This document shows, in pieces, positions 63,880 through 64,000 of a stretch of 64,000 nt of DNA. Position 1 is the stretch's first letter; each line of letters opens with the position of its first letter. Below the pieces are notes generated by a model. The model did no database searches and was not told the origin of the DNA. It was given only the letters and a program-made list of their open reading frames with translations. Origin of the DNA: Laetmonice hystrix (Eukaryota); NCBI GenBank assembly GCA_965235115.1, contig OZ249436.1, positions 69,316,001 to 69,380,000 of the forward strand, given 5' to 3'. The translations under genes and the position numbers were made by a program.

Positions 63880-64000
63880 AGATATTATTTTTGCACCAAG
63901 TTAAAGTTCCTGCTGCAATTATGCTGCAAGTTCTGCAATATCCTTGTCCTCTGCGTACAATAGTATGGGATGCCCTTTGGAGATCAGGGGTCCCATTTCT

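Larger units (their letters stand above)
61903..64000 (+). repeat. Tandem tRNA-Pro gene array, basic unit ~393 bp, continuing beyond the window
   Basis: tRNA starts at 62248, 62641, 63051, 63428 and 63808 (spacings 393, 410, 377, 380), with clearly homologous spacers. Confidence 0.97.

Overview
Eukaryotic (metazoan) genomic DNA with spliceosomal GT-AG introns and no obvious CpG depletion. It looks like an invertebrate bilaterian; a lancelet-like genome is my unverified impression. The only confidently identified protein-coding gene is a minus-strand Prdm8 orthologue (PR/SET domain, one C2HC finger, two C-terminal C2H2 fingers). It has three coding exons (8414-8562, 3801-4029, 1960-3410) with matching splice phases, giving about 605 aa if the ATG at 8551 is used. 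The ~53 kb upstream is gene-poor. It holds seven minisatellite arrays (about 7.3 kb in total), several motif-rich promoter-like islands, and two candidate minus-strand exons missed by the ORF track (37381-37458, 33745-33900). The long ORFs at 24.5-25.4, 27.0-28.0 and 49.5-52.4 kb are products of tandem repeats. The window ends inside a ~393-bp tandem array of tRNA-Pro genes whose bodies are identical except at the anticodon (CGG, TGG, AGG), with one deleted pseudogene and a truncated first copy. There is no CRISPR array, rRNA gene or intact transposon ORF. I did not find a clearly new biological system. The best leads are the three-isoacceptor tRNA array and its boundary, the compound minisatellite at 48.7-52.3 kb, and the unannotated exons and promoters at 32-37.5 kb.
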